Source of the DNA: Thermoanaerobaculia bacterium
GTDB lineage: Bacteria > Acidobacteriota > Thermoanaerobaculia > UBA5066 > Gp7-AA6
Length of the DNA stretch: 42,142 nucleotides
Assembly (NCBI GenBank): GCA_035259605.1
Contig: DATFWF010000056.1
Location: forward strand, 1-42,142
Direction: 5' to 3'
Part shown: piece after piece, positions 18,201 to 25,898 of the stretch
Layout of the letters: each line of letters starts with the position of its first letter
How positions within the stretch are numbered: the stretch's first letter is position 1
The notes under the pieces: model-generated
What the model saw: only the letters and a program-made list of their open reading frames with translations
Database searches by the model: none
What the model was told of the DNA's origin: nothing
Made by a program: the position numbers and the translations under genes

Positions 18201-18556
18201 CCGGGTGCGTCACGACACCGCCGCGCCAGTACTGCCCGGGCGATCTCGTCAACCGCGCCCAGATGGGGCTTTTCGTCGCGCGGGCCGTGGCCGGAAGCGA
18301 CGCAGCGGTTGCGACGACCTACGGACCCGATCCTTCGACCGGACGAAGCTACAGCTGCAATCCGGCGACTCCGAACCTGGCCTTCACGGACATCTCGACG
18401 GCCGACTTCTTCTGCCGCCACGTCCATTTCCTCTGGGCGAAGAACGTCATCTCGGGATTCCCGGACGGGACGTACGGTCCGTCGCTCCTCGTCTCGCGCG
18501 GCGCGATGGCGAAGTTCCTCGCCAACGGGTTCAACGTCACGCTCTACGGACCATAG
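15269..18556 (+). CDS. Large secreted protein: beta-propeller-like N-terminal region, two Ig-like repeats, a Thr/Pro linker, and a C-terminal cassette with three SLH-like modules
   Basis: TTG start followed by signal peptide MLFRAGRKRVGAAAVVLAVFCGIALG. Ig-like repeats GDAVTFTATV...PTGTVTFEDT and GQSVTFTATV...PTGMVTFLEG. Three modules of the form FTD[VI]...G[IV]..G...R.QMA.F.AR in the last ~220 aa. Confidence 0.85.
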   Translation: MLFRAGRKRVGAAAVVLAVFCGIALGSRSAKTSGDGSVLSFAGNAQHTAIFDPPAQDLNAIHWSKSIDLNNTALAHYGAPLITAANSVLAPVKISASGFRVDAFRGSDGSAKYSLASDYVLPPHNWIPTYQPVVAPAAGGLRIYYPGAGGTVLATDDPDSDTPAAAARKVFYTSLANYQASAAAFNAAIFINTPITADAAGNIFFGFRVVQAPPAPFNTMQSGYARIDSSGSGTFIAAGAAAADAMIDNDSHNCAPALSNDGTTLYVVVKGLENYTYLLGLNSTTLATKFKVFLKDPRNTNGATVPDDATASPTVGPDGDVYIGVQGNPLNGGRGFLLHFNADLTVAKTPGAFGWDYTAALVPAAMVPSYTGSSSYLIFAKYNNYANLGDGNDGINKIALLDPSATQVDSHPSASGILVMREVLTVAGPTPDSENPSVPDAVREWCINTAAVNPATNSVFTPSEDGHLYRWNLATNSFSQVVTLTPGVFEPYVPTVIGPGGVVYSLNGGTLFALSGLPGVSVTLDSSLPDVRAAVAGDAVTFTATVVSSGLSPSTPTGTVTFEDTTYFVIDFDDLGTTTTTLAANVPLDESGHASVTTLALEAANHFVKATYSGDGSFSAGSATLVQKIHAKATMTSLASLPNPSTPGQSVTFTATVAGSPAVPEFPTGMVTFLEGAAVLAQSPLNGSGQAAFGTSALAAGGHTVTARYASDTHFAASSGSTGQIVQGAVTLTPTSTPTATPTPTSTPTARAQAQALSVDAAANGGFSNGNGVLEPGERAFVRPAWKNVSGALLALAGAASSWTGPGAAYAVYDTAADYGSIAGGATADCGSATGNCYEVGVSNPASRPATHWDATFTESLNDGDPPKSWRMHVGGSFTDVPAGHVFYSFIERILHNGITVGCGPGAFCPDDSVFRLQMAVFLARAQAGGDASVPASGTAQGNPYNCAGGGVSQFTDVDPTDPFCRHVHYIFATGVTTGCVTTPPRQYCPGDLVNRAQMGLFVARAVAGSDAAVATTYGPDPSTGRSYSCNPATPNLAFTDISTADFFCRHVHFLWAKNVISGFPDGTYGPSLLVSRGAMAKFLANGFNVTLYGP
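17464..17514 (+). repeat. Imperfect 30-nt-period direct repeat encoding the Thr/Pro linker
   Basis: GACGCCGACCTCCACTCCCAC (17464-17484) and GACGCCGACCTCGACTCCCAC (17494-17514) differ at one base. Together they encode TPTSTPTATPTPTSTPTA. Confidence 0.8.
17570..18553 (+). repeat. Paralogous 984-nt (328-codon) C-terminal cassette, copy A
   Basis: SNGNGVLEPGE...ATHWDAT...SFTDVP... to the C-terminus is colinear, with no length difference, with 24834..25817. One 29-nt stretch differs by a single base (TCACGACACCGCC[G/T]CGCCAGTACTGCCCG). Confidence 0.85.
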
Positions 18557-18580
18557 GAATCCCGGCGGCACGGCGGGCCT

Positions 18581-18931
18581 ATGATCAGGACGATGCGATG
18601 GAGGCCGGCCCTGGTCGGAGCGGGAATCGGCCTGGCGCTCGTCGGCAGGTGGCTGTCGTACGGGAGGCCGCACCGGGCGCCGGATTTCGCGATCGTCGCG
18701 TTCTTTCTCCTGCCGCTCGCGTTGCTCGCCGTCTGGGCGTACACGCTGGACCTGGGCTCGCCGGGACCGCTGCGGGGGCTTCGCGCCGCGTTGTTCGCCT
18801 TCCTCGTCGTGGAGGTCTTCTACTGGGGGATCAGCCTGGGCGGCATCGCCGCCGCCGTCGGAGCGATCGTGGTCTACACGCGCCTGATCCGTCCCCGGCC
18901 GCGCGCCTCTGCCTCTCCTGGCGGGAGCTAG
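18581..18931 (+). CDS. Small integral membrane protein of unknown function
   Basis: 116 aa with three or four hydrophobic helices (ALVGAGIGLALVG, FAIVAFFLLPLALLAVWAY, ALFAFLVVEVFYWGISLGGIAAAVGAIVVY). Coding-like GC3. Confidence 0.55.
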   Translation: MIRTMRWRPALVGAGIGLALVGRWLSYGRPHRAPDFAIVAFFLLPLALLAVWAYTLDLGSPGPLRGLRAALFAFLVVEVFYWGISLGGIAAAVGAIVVYTRLIRPRPRASASPGGS

Positions 18932-21522
18932 TCGGCTCGCATCACCGCCGCGGGATCGAGGCGCGCGGCGCGGATCGCGGGGGCGAGGCTCCCGAGCAGC
19001 GTCATGAGGAGCGAGAGGCCCGCGGCCGCCAGAAAGGTCGGCGCGTCGGCCGGGCTGATGCCGGCCAGGAGCGACTGGATCGCGCGGCCTCCGGCATAGG
19101 CGACGCCGCATCCCAGGACGACTCCCGCCAGGGCCAGGAGCCCTCCGCGGCCAAGCACCATCCCCAGGATCGAGCCGGACCGGGCTCCGAGCGCCATCCG
19201 CACGCCGATCTCGCGGGCGCGCTGCGAGACCACGAAGGCGAGGAGCCCGTGGATGCCGAGGCCGGCTAGCAGGAACGCGACCGCGGCGAACCCGCCCAGC
19301 ACGCGCAGCTGCACCCGGCGGGGCGCGGTGTCGGCGTCCACGATGTCCGACAACAGCCGCACCTCAGAGATCGGGATCGTCGGATCGGCCTTCGCGACCG
19401 CCGCCCGGATCGAGGACAGGACCGCCGCCGGCGCCGTGGTCGTCCGCACGGCCAGGTCCTTGGGCATGTAGTTGATGATCGCCCCGTCCTCGACCTGCTG
19501 GTAGGAGAGATAGACCTGCGGCTCGCTGGACTGTTCGTGGCCCCGCACACGCACGTCGGCGGTCACGCCGACGACCTCGTGGTCCTTGAGGACGCCGACG
19601 TGGACCCGCCGCCCCAGGGCGCTCTCGCCGGGCCAGAGCCTGCGCGCCAGCGACTCGCTGACGACGGCGACCGGGGTGCGGCCGGCCGAATCCGCCTCGG
19701 CGATGTCGCGCCCGGCGCGCAGGGCGATCCCCATCGCGTCGAGAAAACCGGGAGTGATAAACCGCATGCTCGCGGGGCGCTCCTCCTCCGGGCCCTCCGG
19801 TTTTTCCACCGGCCGCACGCTCCAGATGCCGCCGCGCATGACCATCGGAAGGCCGCTCGCGTATCCGGCGCTCGCCACGCCCGGCAGCGCCCGGACCTCC
19901 GAGAGGATCCGCCGGTAGAGCGCGGCCCGGGCCTCCGTTTTCGAGTATCTCGTGAGCGGCAGGCTCGTCCTCATCGTCAGGACGCCTTCGGGCCGCAACC
20001 CCGTATCGAGCGACTGCAGCCGCCACAGCGCCTGCAGGAGGAGCCCCGCCCCGATGAGCAGCGCGACCGACGCGGTCACCTCGGCGACGACGAGAAGGCC
20101 GCGCATCCGCTCGGAGCCCCGGCCTCCTCCGGCCCGCTCGCCTTCTCTCAAGCCCCCCGACTCCGCGTCCGCGCAGGCCCTCACGGCGGGGAGGACGCCG
20201 AAGCCGATTCCGGTGGCGAAGGTCAGGAGGACGGCGAAGAGGAGGATCGGCAGGTCCACCCGCGGCAGGTCGGAGACCGGCAGCGTCTGGGGAATCAGGC
20301 TCGCGGAGAGCGGGACCGCGGCCGCCGCGAGCGCCAGCCCGAGCGCTCCTCCCACGGCGGCCAGGAGAACGCTCTCGGTCACGAGCTGCCGGATGAGCCG
20401 CTGCCTTCCCGCGCCCATCGCGGTCCGGACCGCGAGCTCGCGGCGGCGCGAGACGGCGCGGGCGAGGAGCAGGTTCGCCAGGTTCGCGCAGGCGATCAGC
20501 AGGAGAGCGAGCGCCGCCCCGAAGAGCGCGAGCACCATCGTGCGCGACTGCGAGGGGATGTCGTCTCGAAGCCGTTGCAGGAGCACGGTGTTGCGGCCGT
20601 CCTCCTTCGGGTGCTCGCGACCCAGACGGGCGGCGATGACGCTCATCTCCGCCCGCGCCTTCTCGAGCGTCACGCCCCGCTTGAGTCTCGCCACGGCCAG
20701 CAGCCACGAGTCGCTTCGGTCCTCGTAGTTCTCCTTCGTGAACCGGGCCGCCGTCCAGAGCTCCGTGGTCCGGTTCGGATAGTCGAAGCCGCGCGGCATC
20801 ACGCCGACGACCGTGAACGGCTCGTCGTCGAGGAGGATCTTCGAACCGACGGTTCCCGGATCGGCGCCGAAGCGCCCCCTCCAGAGCGAATCGGAGAGGA
20901 CCGCGGCGCCCGGCGCTCCCGCGGCGTCGTCGGAAGCGGCCAGCAGCCGCCCCATTGCGGGGCGCGCGCCGAGAACGGTGAAGAGCTCGGGCTCGACGGC
21001 CCAGCCGGTCACCCGGGCCGGCTCTCCGTGGCCGACGAGGTTGGCCGCGAGCGGGCGGTAGCAGGCCGTCCGCTCGAAGGACGTCGAGAGCTGCTTCCAG
21101 TCGCGCCAGGTCGCCGGGGAGAACTCTCCGCGGCCCGATCCGTGGATCGGCGTGGACCAGAACTTCACCAGGCGCTCGGGCTCTCGGTAGGGGAGGGGGC
21201 GGAGCAGGACGTGGTCCGCGATCGAGAAAGTCGCCGTCGTCGCGCCGATGCCGAGGGCCGTGACGGCGATGGCGGTCGCCGCGAATCCCGGCGAGCGCGC
21301 GAGCGTGCGGAGCGTGTAGCGCGTGTCCTGCCGCAGCAGCTCCGCGTGGACGCGGAGCGCGTTGGGGAACACGTCGGCCGCCGCCTCGGCGAGGAGGGCC
21401 AGCCGCTCCCCGGCGCCGGACGCCGACTTCCAGCGCTCCTCGAAGATCGCCCGCATGTCCTCGCCGTACTCGGCGCGGAAGGAGGACGGGTAGAGACGCA
21501 GGAGGAGCCGGTAGAAGAGCAT
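18928..21522 (-). CDS. ADOP-family duplicated FtsX/MacB-type ABC transporter permease
   Basis: Characteristic N-terminus MLFYRLLLRLYPSSFRAEYGEDM. Two MacB-like periplasmic domains, each followed by an FtsX-type TM bundle, in 864 aa. The start overlaps the PadR stop (TGATG on the minus strand). Confidence 0.85.
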   Translation of the reverse strand: MLFYRLLLRLYPSSFRAEYGEDMRAIFEERWKSASGAGERLALLAEAAADVFPNALRVHAELLRQDTRYTLRTLARSPGFAATAIAVTALGIGATTATFSIADHVLLRPLPYREPERLVKFWSTPIHGSGRGEFSPATWRDWKQLSTSFERTACYRPLAANLVGHGEPARVTGWAVEPELFTVLGARPAMGRLLAASDDAAGAPGAAVLSDSLWRGRFGADPGTVGSKILLDDEPFTVVGVMPRGFDYPNRTTELWTAARFTKENYEDRSDSWLLAVARLKRGVTLEKARAEMSVIAARLGREHPKEDGRNTVLLQRLRDDIPSQSRTMVLALFGAALALLLIACANLANLLLARAVSRRRELAVRTAMGAGRQRLIRQLVTESVLLAAVGGALGLALAAAAVPLSASLIPQTLPVSDLPRVDLPILLFAVLLTFATGIGFGVLPAVRACADAESGGLREGERAGGGRGSERMRGLLVVAEVTASVALLIGAGLLLQALWRLQSLDTGLRPEGVLTMRTSLPLTRYSKTEARAALYRRILSEVRALPGVASAGYASGLPMVMRGGIWSVRPVEKPEGPEEERPASMRFITPGFLDAMGIALRAGRDIAEADSAGRTPVAVVSESLARRLWPGESALGRRVHVGVLKDHEVVGVTADVRVRGHEQSSEPQVYLSYQQVEDGAIINYMPKDLAVRTTTAPAAVLSSIRAAVAKADPTIPISEVRLLSDIVDADTAPRRVQLRVLGGFAAVAFLLAGLGIHGLLAFVVSQRAREIGVRMALGARSGSILGMVLGRGGLLALAGVVLGCGVAYAGGRAIQSLLAGISPADAPTFLAAAGLSLLMTLLGSLAPAIRAARLDPAAVMRAD

Positions 21523-21881
21523 CAGGTCTGCCTCGGCGCGAGGCCGCTCGCCCGCGCCATCCGGACGAGCGACGCCAGCCGGCTCGCCTCCGCGCGCGCC
21601 GCCGCCTTTCCGAACGCCGTGATCCGGTAATAGCGCCGCCTCTCGTCGTCCATCTCGGCGGCGGGCCTCTCGCGCGGCTCCTCGATCAAGCCCTGCTCGA
21701 GCATCCTCTGGACCGAGCGGTACAGCGTCCCCGGCCCGAGCCGGACCTGTCCGCGGGTCCTCTCCGCGACCTCCTGGAGGATCGCGTAGCCGTGCCGGTC
21801 TTCCCCGGCCAGCGCTACGAGGATGTGGAACGCCGCCTCGGGCAACGGCAGGACGGCTTCGAGGCCGGGCTTGTCATGCAT
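21522..21881 (-). CDS. PadR-family transcriptional regulator
   Basis: 119 aa with the winged-helix core FHILVALAGEDRHGYAILQEVAERTRGQVRLGPGTLYRSVQRMLEQGLIEE...RRYYRITAFG. It forms the 3' end of the spurious 1405-aa track ORF 21522..25739. Confidence 0.85.
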   Translation of the reverse strand: MHDKPGLEAVLPLPEAAFHILVALAGEDRHGYAILQEVAERTRGQVRLGPGTLYRSVQRMLEQGLIEEPRERPAAEMDDERRRYYRITAFGKAAARAEASRLASLVRMARASGLAPRQT

Positions 21882-21887
21882 GGGCCG

Positions 21888-21916
21888 ATTATATCCACGG
21901 TGGATATATCCACAAG
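21888..21916 (-). promoter_or_regulatory. Candidate padR promoter with overlapping operator half-sites; leaderless geometry
   Basis: Minus strand: TTGTGG (complement of 21910-21915), 16 nt, then TATAAT (complement of 21888-21893), then 6 nt to the ATG at 21881, with no SD. Half-sites ATATCCAC (21891-21898), GTGGATAT (21900-21907) and ATATCCAC (21906-21913). Confidence 0.5.
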
Positions 21917-22115
21917 GAGGAGACTCCGGAAGCTGTCTCGCGAGACTTGACACGGAAGACACCGCTCCGCCGAATCGCGATATCATCACTGTCTCGACCC
22001 ATTGCTCCGGTATCGACGACGCGTTCGGACAGGCGAACGCTTGGAATTGTTCCACTGCGTTCGCGCTGGCGCGCCGTGATCCGGCGCGCCGGGCCGGGAC
22101 AAGGAGGGTACGGCG

Positions 22116-25100
22116 ATGCGGCCCAAGGGATTGCTGGCGGTCGGTCTCCTCGTCTCGATTCTCTCGGTCGGAGCTTCGTCCTTCTCGCCGGGACCGGTTC
22201 CTCCGGCGCGCATCGTGGACGTGAGTAACGCGGAAGACGCGGATGCCGACCTTCCTCCCGGCATGGCGTGGATGATCGACAAGGAAACCTACCTGCGCCT
22301 GCGCAACGAACATATCAGCCGGCTCCGGGGCATCGAACCCGGTTACCTCCTCGATCCGGGTCTTCGAACCGAAGCGGTCCGGCAGATGGACCGACAGATG
22401 GCGCTTCAGAGCCTCCGCCGGGAGCTCGCGCCGAACACACCGGAAGCGGCCGCCTGGACTCCGCTCGGCCCCGCTCCGCTGTCCAACGGCCAGACCATGC
22501 AGTTCCCCACGACCGCGGCCGTCACCGGCCGCGCCACCTCCATTGCCGTGGACCCGGGCAACTCGAACAAGGTCTACCTCGGCACGGCCCAGGGCGGAGT
22601 GTGGCGCTCGACCGATGGCGGCGCGTCCTGGACGCCGATCTTCGACGCGGGCCAGTCGCTCTCCATTGGCGCGATCGCCCTGGCGCCCTCGGATCCGACG
22701 AAGCTCTACGTCGGGACGGGCGAGGGGAACAACTCCGCGGACTCTTTCTTCGGGGTTGGCGTTTACCGCATCGACAGCGTGGACACCTCGCCGGTCCTCG
22801 TCGGCCCGATCAACCCGCAGATCACGACGGGCACGACCATTCAGGTCACCACCAACTGCTTCACCGGGCGCAGCATCTCGAAGATCCTCGTTCACCCGAC
22901 CGACCCGGCGACGATCTTCGTCTCCACCGCCTTCGGCCTCGGCGGGATCGGGGCTAATTTCCTCTCCTTTTCCTCGCCGCCGCTCGGACTCCTCGGCCTC
23001 TACCGCTCGACCAACGCCACTGCGGCGGCGGGGTTGGTCACCTTCAGCAAGCTCGTCGTGACGACGCAGGGGAGCCTCGACATTCCGGGCACGGGCAACA
23101 CGGACATCACGGACATCGTGCTCGAGCCGGGAAACCCCAACAACCTCCTCGCCGCCGTGCGAGGCTCGACGGCTCCCGGCGGCGGCGTCTTCCTCTCCAC
23201 GACCGCCCTCGCCGCGACCCCAACGTTCACGCAGACGCTGACCCCCGGTCCCATCGGCCTGAACCAGAAGCTCGCGATCAACAAAGTCGGCGCGACGGTC
23301 ACGGTCTACGCCTCCTCCAGCGAAGGTTCCGCCTGCGGCGGAGGGCGGGTTCGGAAATCCGTCGACGGCGGCGCCACCTTTGGCACGCCGCTCCCGGCGG
23401 CCGACGGGTTCTGCGGCGGGCAGTGCTTCTACGACCTCCCGATCGCGGTGGATCCGAACAACGCATCGATCGTTTACGTCGGCGGCCAGGCCCGCTCGAA
23501 CGCGAACACCTGCCCCGACGTCCTCAAGCGCTCCTCGGATGGCGGGACGACCTTCAACCGCGACGACAACGGGCTCCACGCCGACGCCCACGCGTTCGCG
23601 ATGGATCCCCTGACCAACCCGACCACCGTCTGGTTCGCCAACGACGGCGGCGTCTGGAAGCGCCAGGACGCGGCCGCCGGGACGGCCTGGACCAACGCAA
23701 ACACCGCCTCGCTGAGCACGATCCAGTTCCAGAGCGTCGCGGTCCACCCGACCGACAAGGACTTCACCCTGGGAGGCACTCAGGACAATGGCACCGAGTA
23801 CCAGTCGGCGAGCACCGTCTGGTCCAGCGCCGCGAGCGGCGACGGCGGCTTCACGCTCGTGGATCAGAGCGCGACCGACACCGGCGCCAACATCAAGGCG
23901 ATCTACCACACGTACTTCAACGCCAAGAACTTCCTGATCGGCTTTCAGCGGGCGGAGAACGGCGCCTGCCTCGCCATCAAGGATTCCTGGCCGTCGCGCG
24001 GCTTCGGCCTGGGCAACAACCCGTCCACGACGACCTGCGACGGGACTGCCCTCGCGGCGCCCAACGGTCTGGCAGGGACGGACGATGTGCTCTTCTACGC
24101 GCCGATGGCCCTGGGGCCCGGCAGCCCGAACACCCTCTATTTCGGAACCGACAAGCTCTACCGCTCGTCCGACCGCGGCGACACGATGACGGCGGTCAGC
24201 CAGGTCATCTCGGCGGGCAACCCGGTCAGCGCGATCGCGATCCACCCGGCCGACGACAACATCCGGATCGTCGGCACGAGGAACGGCCTGGTCTTCGGCA
24301 CGATTACCGGGGCGAACCCGCTGGTTACTTTTGGCTTCACGGCGCCGACCAACGCCAGCGGCAGCGCGAACAAGTACGTCTCCCGCATCGCCATCGACCC
24401 GATCAACGCCAACACGGCGTACGTGGCGCTGTCGTACTACACCAATCCTTCCAACGCGGGGCAGGTCTGGAAGACTACGAACTTCAACACGGCCCGCGCC
24501 GGCGACGCGCCGGAAGGCGCTCCGAGCTGGAGCCCGGTCAGCAACGGGATCCCAAACGTTCCCGTCAACGCGCTGGCGATCGACCCGGTATGCGCTGACC
24601 ACCTCTGGGCCGGCACCGACATCGGCGTTTACGAGACAACTGACGGCGGGGCCAACTGGACGCCGTTTGGCACGGGTCTTCCCCGGGTCGCGGTGTTCGA
24701 TCTGGCGCTCCAGAACTCGAGCCGGACTCTCCGCGCCGCGACTCACGGCCGCGGGATGTGGGAGGCGAAGTTGAACGGCCCGTGCGCGAACCTCTCCGAC
24801 CAGGGGATGGTCGTGGACCCGACCGTGGATTCCTCCAACGGCAACGGGATCCTCGAGCCGGGAGAGAGAGTCCTCGTCAAGCCGTCCTACAAGAACGTCT
24901 CCGGGAGCACGGTGGGCAGCCTTTCCGGAACCGCTTCGAATTTCACCGGCCCTGCAGGCCCGATCTACACGATCAACGACGGGACCGCGAGCTACGGGTC
25001 GATCGGGGCCGGCGCCACGGTCCAATGCACGGACTGCTACGAGATGACCGTGTCCAATCCCGGCGTCCGTCCGGCGACGCACTGGGACGCGACTTACGGG

Positions 25101-25820
25101 GAAACGCTCAACAACGGCGCGCCGCTCGTCACTCGCAAGCTCCACGTCGGGTCGAGCTTCACGGACGTGCCGACCAACCACGTCTTCTACCAGTTCGTCG
25201 AGCGGATCTTCCACGCCGGGATCACGACCGGCTGCCTCACGGGGACGACCTACTGCCCGGATGACAACGTCTTCCGGCTCCAGATGGCCGTCTTCATCGC
25301 GCGCTCGCAGGCGGGCGGTGACGCCAACATCCCCGTCTCCGGCTCGGCGCTGGGCAACCCCTACAACTGCGTCTCGGGCGGACAGTCCCAGTTCACGGAC
25401 ATCGCTCCGGACAACCCGTTCTGCCGGCACGTTCACTACATCTTCGGTACCAACGTGACGACCGGCTGCATCACGACACCGCCTCGCCAGTACTGCCCGA
25501 GCGACAACGTGACTCGCGGACAGATGGCGCTCTTCATCGCGCGCGCGGTCGCCGGCGGGGACGCGAACGTTCCGGTGACGTACGGGCCCGACCCCGTGAC
25601 GGGACGGAGTTACTCCTGCAACCCGGGCACGCCGAATCTCCACTTCATCGACATCACGACGTCGGACATCTTCTGCCGCCACACGCATTTCCTCTGGGCC
25701 AAGGACGTGATCTCCGGCTTCCCGGACAACTCCTACCAACCGAACCTGAACGTCAGTCGCGGCGCGATGTCGAAGTTCCTGGCCAACGGGTTCAACATCA
25801 AGCTCTACCCCGGCTCATGA
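22116..25820 (+). CDS. Large secreted BNR/Asp-box repeat beta-propeller protein (VPS10/GH74/sialidase-like) with the same C-terminal triple SLH-like cassette
   Basis: AGGAGG lies 8 nt before ATG 22116, followed by a signal peptide. Asp-boxes WRSTDGGASWTP, RKSVDGGATF, KRSSDGGTTF, YETTDGGANWTP. The C-terminal 328 aa are paralogous to 17570..18553. Confidence 0.85.
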   Translation: MRPKGLLAVGLLVSILSVGASSFSPGPVPPARIVDVSNAEDADADLPPGMAWMIDKETYLRLRNEHISRLRGIEPGYLLDPGLRTEAVRQMDRQMALQSLRRELAPNTPEAAAWTPLGPAPLSNGQTMQFPTTAAVTGRATSIAVDPGNSNKVYLGTAQGGVWRSTDGGASWTPIFDAGQSLSIGAIALAPSDPTKLYVGTGEGNNSADSFFGVGVYRIDSVDTSPVLVGPINPQITTGTTIQVTTNCFTGRSISKILVHPTDPATIFVSTAFGLGGIGANFLSFSSPPLGLLGLYRSTNATAAAGLVTFSKLVVTTQGSLDIPGTGNTDITDIVLEPGNPNNLLAAVRGSTAPGGGVFLSTTALAATPTFTQTLTPGPIGLNQKLAINKVGATVTVYASSSEGSACGGGRVRKSVDGGATFGTPLPAADGFCGGQCFYDLPIAVDPNNASIVYVGGQARSNANTCPDVLKRSSDGGTTFNRDDNGLHADAHAFAMDPLTNPTTVWFANDGGVWKRQDAAAGTAWTNANTASLSTIQFQSVAVHPTDKDFTLGGTQDNGTEYQSASTVWSSAASGDGGFTLVDQSATDTGANIKAIYHTYFNAKNFLIGFQRAENGACLAIKDSWPSRGFGLGNNPSTTTCDGTALAAPNGLAGTDDVLFYAPMALGPGSPNTLYFGTDKLYRSSDRGDTMTAVSQVISAGNPVSAIAIHPADDNIRIVGTRNGLVFGTITGANPLVTFGFTAPTNASGSANKYVSRIAIDPINANTAYVALSYYTNPSNAGQVWKTTNFNTARAGDAPEGAPSWSPVSNGIPNVPVNALAIDPVCADHLWAGTDIGVYETTDGGANWTPFGTGLPRVAVFDLALQNSSRTLRAATHGRGMWEAKLNGPCANLSDQGMVVDPTVDSSNGNGILEPGERVLVKPSYKNVSGSTVGSLSGTASNFTGPAGPIYTINDGTASYGSIGAGATVQCTDCYEMTVSNPGVRPATHWDATYGETLNNGAPLVTRKLHVGSSFTDVPTNHVFYQFVERIFHAGITTGCLTGTTYCPDDNVFRLQMAVFIARSQAGGDANIPVSGSALGNPYNCVSGGQSQFTDIAPDNPFCRHVHYIFGTNVTTGCITTPPRQYCPSDNVTRGQMALFIARAVAGGDANVPVTYGPDPVTGRSYSCNPGTPNLHFIDITTSDIFCRHTHFLWAKDVISGFPDNSYQPNLNVSRGAMSKFLANGFNIKLYPGS
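24834..25817 (+). repeat. Paralogous 984-nt (328-codon) C-terminal cassette, copy B
   Basis: SNGNGILEPGE...ATHWDAT...SFTDVP...FLANGFNIKLYPGS, the same length and order of motifs as copy A. Confidence 0.85.
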
Positions 25821-25847
25821 CCTGCGGCTGATTTTCACGAGATTCCA

Positions 25848-25882
25848 GCGGAGCCTCCCCGGCGGGGGCTCCGCTTTTGTTT
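25848..25882 (+). terminator. Rho-independent terminator after the BNR/SLH gene
   Basis: 11-bp stem, 25848-25858 pairing with 25864-25874 (GCGGAGCCTCC / GGGGGCTCCGC, one G-U pair), loop CCGGC, followed by TTTTGTTT. Confidence 0.8.
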
Positions 25883-25898
25883 CCGGGCGGAGGCGATC

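Noticed and set aside
16466-19269. Two ~885-aa ORFs (16466..19111 minus strand, 16600..19269 plus strand)
   Set aside because: Both are Arg/Gly/Pro-rich with no motifs, and both overlap the 15269-18556 gene, which has clear Ig-like and SLH-like domains in another frame. They also run across gene boundaries. I treat them as shadows.
21882-25739. 1405-aa minus-strand ORF (track 21522..25739), the longest ORF in the window
   Set aside because: Only its last 119 codons (21522-21881, PadR) look real. The rest is Arg/Gly/Asp/Pro-rich low-complexity sequence antisense to the well-supported BNR/SLH gene. This is the classic shadow ORF of a high-GC genome.
25818-25820. Second selenocysteine or read-through at the TGA between the BNR/SLH gene and the in-frame hydrolase
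   Set aside because: The 26 codons after the TGA (PAADFHEIPAEPPRRGLRFCFRAEA) look non-coding. They contain an 11-bp-stem terminator with a T-tract, and a GGAGG follows. Separate genes are far more likely, though read-through cannot be formally excluded.
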